This document shows, piece by piece, positions 7,174-10,661 of a stretch of DNA of 10,661 bases. Every line of letters begins with the position of its first letter. Positions within the stretch are counted from its first letter, which is position 1. Where the stretch lies: the IMG/VR virus record IMGVR_UViG_2703718674_000018, one strand, 5' to 3'. Source of the DNA: a virus. Its lineage: Duplodnaviria; Heunggongvirae; Uroviricota; Caudoviricetes. Both the position numbers and the translations under genes were made by a program. Below the pieces are notes generated by a model. It saw only the letters and a program-made list of their open reading frames with translations. It had not been told where the DNA came from and ran no database searches.

Positions 7174-7593
7174 TTACTCCGGTGGGGGATTATCTTTAAG
7201 CCTGCCTCTCAAATATTTTTCTACATACTCATCGATTTCTTTTAGCCGGACTTCAAATAGCTCAATCATTCGTTGTTGTTCTGAGCCCGGTAGCTGGTTA
7301 AACAACTCAAGAAGTTTTCGTTGGGATTCATTTAACCACAATTCAGAAGATTCCTGTTCTCCAAAGAGGAGCTCAGGAGGAGATATGCCAAGTGCCTTTC
7401 CCAATACGACAGCGTCATGCACTCCAACATTTCTGCTACCCGCCTCATAGTTACCTATACGCGATTGCGTCCATCCGCAGATTTCAGCAAGTTTTCCTTG
7501 AGATAAACCAAGCTTCTGCCTGCGCTCTTTAAGACGCATTGCAATTTTGTCATTGAGCCTACTAGCGGCAATTTTTTCGTTTTCTTTTTCCAT
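7174..7593 (-). CDS. Prophage repressor, XRE-family HTH, 139 aa (cI/RacR analogue; no LexA-type cleavage motif recognised)
   Basis: ATG at 7593 preceded by AAGGA. HTH region LKERRQKLGLSQGKLAEICGWTQSRIGNYEAGSRNVGVHDAVVLGKALGISPPELL. Divergent from the Cro-like gene across a 96-bp operator region and followed by a terminator. Confidence 0.8.
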   Translation of the reverse strand: MEKENEKIAASRLNDKIAMRLKERRQKLGLSQGKLAEICGWTQSRIGNYEAGSRNVGVHDAVVLGKALGISPPELLFGEQESSELWLNESQRKLLELFNQLPGSEQQRMIELFEVRLKEIDEYVEKYLRGRLKDNPPPE

Positions 7594-7689
7594 TGCATCC
7601 TTGTATCACGAATCGTGATTTACACAAAACACAAAACATCTTGACCGTATAACACAAGATGTGTTTAAAATTGTCATCGGAGGTTTTCA
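7594..7689. promoter_or_regulatory. Divergent promoter/operator region (OR/PR-PRM analogue) between repressor and cro-like gene
   Basis: Two 15-bp palindromes of the same family: ATCAC-GAATC-GTGAT (7605-7619) and AACAC-AAGAT-GTGTT (7651-7665), plus ACAAAAC direct repeats (7623-7637). Plus-strand -35 TTGACC (7641-7646) with -10 TTTAAA/TAAAAT (7664-7671). GGAGG SD at 7679-7683 ahead of ATG 7690. Confidence 0.6.
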
Positions 7690-7932
7690 ATGAACAAAAT
7701 TTCAACATATCGAAAACAGCTTGGGCTGTCTCAAAGACAACTTGCTGTTCAGTTAGGGTGGATACAAAGCCGACTGGCAAATTACGAAGCAAATTTTCGT
7801 ACCCCTGGACTAGAGGAGTGCAGAAAAATTGTTTCTACCCTTAATCGGCTTGGCGCTCATTGTGGACTTGACGATGTATTCCCCCCAGACGGTAAGCATA
7901 GCGAAAACAGCATAGGAGCGGTTGATTCATGA
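7690..7932 (+). CDS. Cro-like HTH transcriptional regulator, 80 aa (first gene of the rightward operon)
   Basis: ATG 7690 with GGAGG SD; HTH segment YRKQLGLSQRQLAVQLGWIQSRLANYE. Divergent from the repressor; stop overlaps the next start (ATGA at 7929-7932). Confidence 0.8.
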   Translation: MNKISTYRKQLGLSQRQLAVQLGWIQSRLANYEANFRTPGLEECRKIVSTLNRLGAHCGLDDVFPPDGKHSENSIGAVDS

Positions 7933-8351
7933 AAATCAGGCATGAGCACATCGAATCAGTGTTGTTAGCCCTGGCAGCCGAAAAAGGGCAGGCGTGGGTC
8001 GCTAACGCAATTACTGAAGAATATCTGCGCCAGGGGGGCGGCGAATTGCCCCTTGTACCAGGCAAGGACTGGAACAATCAGCAGAATATCTATCACCGTT
8101 GGTTAAAAGGTGAAACGAAAGCGCAAAGGGAAAAAATTCAGAAACTGATCCCTGCGGTTCTGGCAATTCTTCCGCGCGAGCTGCGTCACCGACTCTGCAT
8201 CTTCGATACCCTGGAACGCCGTGCATTACTGGCGGCGCAGGAAGCGTTGAGTACGGCAATTGATGCGCATGATGATGCAGTCCAGGCCGTTTACCGGAAA
8301 GCACATTTCAGCGGTGGTGGGTCGCCCGGCGATTCTGTCGTAGTGCATTGA
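7929..8351 (+). CDS. ydaT: YdaT-like protein, 140 aa (position and coupling of lambda CII)
   Basis: ATG 7929 preceded by AGGAG and overlapping the upstream stop. The 140-aa length matches what I recall for Rac YdaT. Function (CII analogue versus toxin) is by recollection of the literature, not visible in the sequence. Confidence 0.7.
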   Translation: MKIRHEHIESVLLALAAEKGQAWVANAITEEYLRQGGGELPLVPGKDWNNQQNIYHRWLKGETKAQREKIQKLIPAVLAILPRELRHRLCIFDTLERRALLAAQEALSTAIDAHDDAVQAVYRKAHFSGGGSPGDSVVVH

Positions 8352-8396
8352 TTGAAATTAATCGTGCCGGATTGTTTTGTTCGGTATCAGTTAAAT

Positions 8397-8857
8397 GTAA
8401 CGCTGCGAGCGTTACAAGGTGAAAACAAATGGCTTCAAACTGGATAAAGCTCGAGGTTATTACGCCGGATAAGCCGGAAATATTCAGGCTTGCTGAGATT
8501 CTGAATATTGATCCAGATGCCGCATTAGGGAAGGTTATTCGCTTCTGGGCATGGGCGGATCAACAAATGATAGACGGTAATGCAGATTGTAACGCTCGCG
8601 GCGTTACAAAAAGTGCAATAGATCGCATCACTTTTATGGCTGGTTTTGCTGATGCGTTAATTCAGGTTGGATGGCTGGTCGAAAATGACGGTGGGCTTTC
8701 TCTACCTAACTTTGAACGTCATAACGGGAAAAGCTCTAAAAAACGGGCGGTTACAAACGAGCGAGTTACAAAAATACGCGAACTGAAACGAAAAGGTAAC
8801 GCTGGCAGCGTTACACAAACGGATCAAAAAGCGTTACCAGAGGAAGAGGAAGAGGAA
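8397..8857. repeat. Iteron-like array: GTAACGC-N5-GCGTTAC inverted repeats and GTTACAAA direct repeats (candidate origin)
   Basis: Full 19-bp inverted repeats at 8397-8415, 8589-8607 and 8796-8814. GTTACAAA half-sites at 8750-8757 and 8765-8772; GCGTTAC at 8831-8837. Followed by (GAGGAA)x3 at 8840-8857 and an AT-rich stretch at 8858-8875. Confidence 0.5.
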
Positions 8858-9217
8858 GATATAAATACTGATCTCCCCCTAAATCCCCCTCGCCAAAAAC
8901 GAGCGTCTAAAAAATTCGAGCCGGAGGCTATCGAGCTGCCTGACTGGTTGCCGGAAACACTCTGGCATGAGTGGGTTCAGTTCAGGCAGGCATTGCGAAA
9001 ACCGATTCGAACGGAGCAGGGCGCTAACGGGGCGATACGGGAACTGGAAAAATTCCGTCAGCAGGGTTTTACACCTGAGCAGGTGATTCGACACAGCATT
9101 GCCAATGAATACCAGGGCTTGTTCGCACCGAAAGGTGTTCGGCCTGAGACGTTGCTCCGACAGGTTAACACCGTCTCGTTGCCGGACAGTGCGATCCCGC
9201 CAGGCTTCAGGGGGTAA
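8429..9217 (+). CDS. ydaU: Phage replication initiator (lambda O-like / YdaU-like), 262 aa, with acidic linker
   Basis: ATG 8429 with AAGGTGA SD. The gene contains an iteron-like array and a (GAGGAA)x3 tract encoding EEEEEE. Sits immediately upstream of the DnaC-like loader, as O precedes P in lambda. Confidence 0.75.
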   Translation: MASNWIKLEVITPDKPEIFRLAEILNIDPDAALGKVIRFWAWADQQMIDGNADCNARGVTKSAIDRITFMAGFADALIQVGWLVENDGGLSLPNFERHNGKSSKKRAVTNERVTKIRELKRKGNAGSVTQTDQKALPEEEEEEDINTDLPLNPPRQKRASKKFEPEAIELPDWLPETLWHEWVQFRQALRKPIRTEQGANGAIRELEKFRQQGFTPEQVIRHSIANEYQGLFAPKGVRPETLLRQVNTVSLPDSAIPPGFRG

Positions 9218-9223
9218 CAGGCC

Positions 9224-9964
9224 ATGAAAAATATTGCGACAGGAGGCGTTCTGGAGCGTATCCGCAGACTGACCCCACCACATGTAACCGCCCCATTCAG
9301 AACGGTTGCGGAGTGGCGCGAGTGGCAACTTACTGAAGGCCAGAAACGTAGCGAGGAGATCAACCGCCTGAATCGTCAGTTGCGGGTGGAAAAAATTCTG
9401 AATCGCTCAGGCATCCAGCCGTTGCACCGTAAATGCTCGTTTGCGAATTACCAGGTGCAGAACGACGGCCAGCGATACGCGTTAAGCCAGGCGAAATCCA
9501 TCGCTGATGAACTGATGACCGGGTATACAAATTTTGCGTTCAGCGGAAAACCTGGTACCGGGAAGAATCACTTAGCGGCAGCTATCGGGAATCGCCTGTT
9601 GAAAGACGGTCAGACAGTGATTGTGGTTACCGTGGCTGATGTTATGAGCGCCCTGCACGCCAGCTATGACGACGGGCAGTCAGGCGAAAAATTTTTGCGT
9701 GAACTGTGCGAAGTGGACCTCCTGGTTCTTGACGAAATTGGCATCCAGCGTGAGACGAAAAACGAGCAGGTGGTACTGCACCAGATTGTTGACCGCCGGA
9801 CGGCATCACTGCGCAGTGTCGGGATGCTGACAAACCTGAATCATGCCGCAATGAGCACGCTTCTTGGTGAGAGGATTATGGACCGGATGACCATGAACGG
9901 TGGTCGTTGGGTGAATTTTAACTGGGAGAGCTGGCGGTCAAACGTTGGACGTCAGGGTATGTGA
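9224..9964 (+). CDS. ydaV: DnaC-like replicative helicase loader (IstB-type AAA+ ATPase), 246 aa
   Basis: Walker A FSGKPGTGKNHLAAAIG and Walker B DLLVLDEIG visible in the translation; follows the initiator gene by 6 nt. The 246-aa length matches my recollection of Rac YdaV. Confidence 0.9.
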   Translation: MKNIATGGVLERIRRLTPPHVTAPFRTVAEWREWQLTEGQKRSEEINRLNRQLRVEKILNRSGIQPLHRKCSFANYQVQNDGQRYALSQAKSIADELMTGYTNFAFSGKPGTGKNHLAAAIGNRLLKDGQTVIVVTVADVMSALHASYDDGQSGEKFLRELCEVDLLVLDEIGIQRETKNEQVVLHQIVDRRTASLRSVGMLTNLNHAAMSTLLGERIMDRMTMNGGRWVNFNWESWRSNVGRQGM

Positions 9965-9989
9965 GAATTTTTAACGAGGTGAATTTTCG

Positions 9990-10661
9990 ATGGAAACCGT
10001 ATTACATGCACTGAAAGCGATGGGAAAAGCCAATTCTGTTGAACTGGCGGCACGAATTGATATCAGCCGTGAAGAAGTTCTCAACGAACTGTGGGAGCTC
10101 AAAAAAAATGGCGTTGTTGATAAAACGGGTCACACCTGGTTTCTGGCTGTCGAAGGTGAATCCCGGGTAACCGAAGAGCGGCCAGTAAAATCTGAAACAC
10201 AGGATATGCTGACCGAAGAGGTCGCTCCAAAAGTTAGCGCTAACATGATGATTGAGTTTATCGCTCAGGAGGGGGCTAAAACCTGTGAAAGATTTCGTTA
10301 CTGCATGCCGGGCGATAATTTACCAGCAGAGCCGAAAGCCGCGCTGGTAACGGAAAGTGATGGTAAGGCCTTTCCTCAGCCAGCAGGTGCTGCGTTACCA
10401 GTCCGGGAAGCCGCAACACAGGAAGAAATTAAAACAGAAACTGTGGCGGACATTGTGCAGCCGTTGCCATCGTTTACCGAAACGCAAGCAGATGAGCTGA
10501 TTTTTCCGTCCCTTCGCAGGGCAAACCTGGCGCTGCGCAGGGCGAAAAGTGATGTTCAGAAGTGGGAGCGAGTCTGCGCCGCGCTGCGGGAGCTGAACAA
10601 GCACCGGGATATTGTTCGACAGATTACTGATTCTTCCCGCCGTGTTGTATCGGAAAAGTGA
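9990..10661 (+). CDS. Hypothetical phage protein, 223 aa, N-terminal winged-helix-like segment (YdaW-like position)
   Basis: ATG 9990 preceded by GAGGTGA; TGA stop at 10659-10661, so complete in the window. N-terminus LHALKAMGKANSVELAARIDISREEVLNELWELKKNGVV resembles a winged-helix DNA-binding fold; the remainder is acidic with no motif I recognise. Confidence 0.6.
   Translation: METVLHALKAMGKANSVELAARIDISREEVLNELWELKKNGVVDKTGHTWFLAVEGESRVTEERPVKSETQDMLTEEVAPKVSANMMIEFIAQEGAKTCERFRYCMPGDNLPAEPKAALVTESDGKAFPQPAGAALPVREAATQEEIKTETVADIVQPLPSFTETQADELIFPSLRRANLALRRAKSDVQKWERVCAALRELNKHRDIVRQITDSSRRVVSEK

Noticed and set aside
7562-8304. ORFs 7562..7792(-), 7659..7844(+), 7841..8077(-), 8011..8304(-) overlapping the repressor, cro-like and ydaT genes
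   Set aside because: Alternative frames or antisense to better-supported genes with SDs and recognisable HTH motifs.
8397-8415. Inverted repeat upstream of the initiator gene as a transcription terminator
   Set aside because: No U-tract follows on either strand, and the same 19-mer recurs inside the gene, so it fits an iteron better than a terminator.
8879-9851. Minus-strand ORFs 8879..9328, 9058..9363, 9642..9851 within the replication genes
   Set aside because: Antisense to the O-like and DnaC-like CDSs; Arg/Cys/Ser-rich translations typical of spurious frames.
10395-10604. Minus-strand 69-aa ORF inside the last gene
   Set aside because: Antisense to the SD-supported 223-aa plus-strand ORF.

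Overview
This window reads as the early/immunity region of a Rac-like lambdoid prophage of Escherichia coli or a close relative, and I did not find a convincing large, unannotated system in it. Gene identities below rest on motifs visible in the translations plus my recollection of Rac and lambda proteins; no database search was run. A leftward (minus-strand) operon runs int, xis, ydaC/rcbA, ralR, recT, recE, racC, ydaE, kilR, an ORF-free 396-bp segment, and a ydaF-like small gene. To its right sit an intrinsic terminator, a minus-strand HTH repressor, and a divergent operator/promoter region. The rightward (plus-strand) operon then encodes a Cro-like HTH protein, a YdaT/CII-like protein, an O-like replication initiator, a DnaC-like helicase loader and a 223-aa winged-helix protein. 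The ORF track reports the longest ORF including TTG/GTG starts, so several starts were moved to internal ATGs with Shine-Dalgarno sequences. The points most worth a second look are: an iteron-like array embedded in the initiator gene (candidate origin); a racC frame interrupted at an A8 homopolymer; the structured ORF-free segment where I recall sieB sitting in K-12 Rac; and a family of 15-bp operator-like palindromes flanking the repressor.
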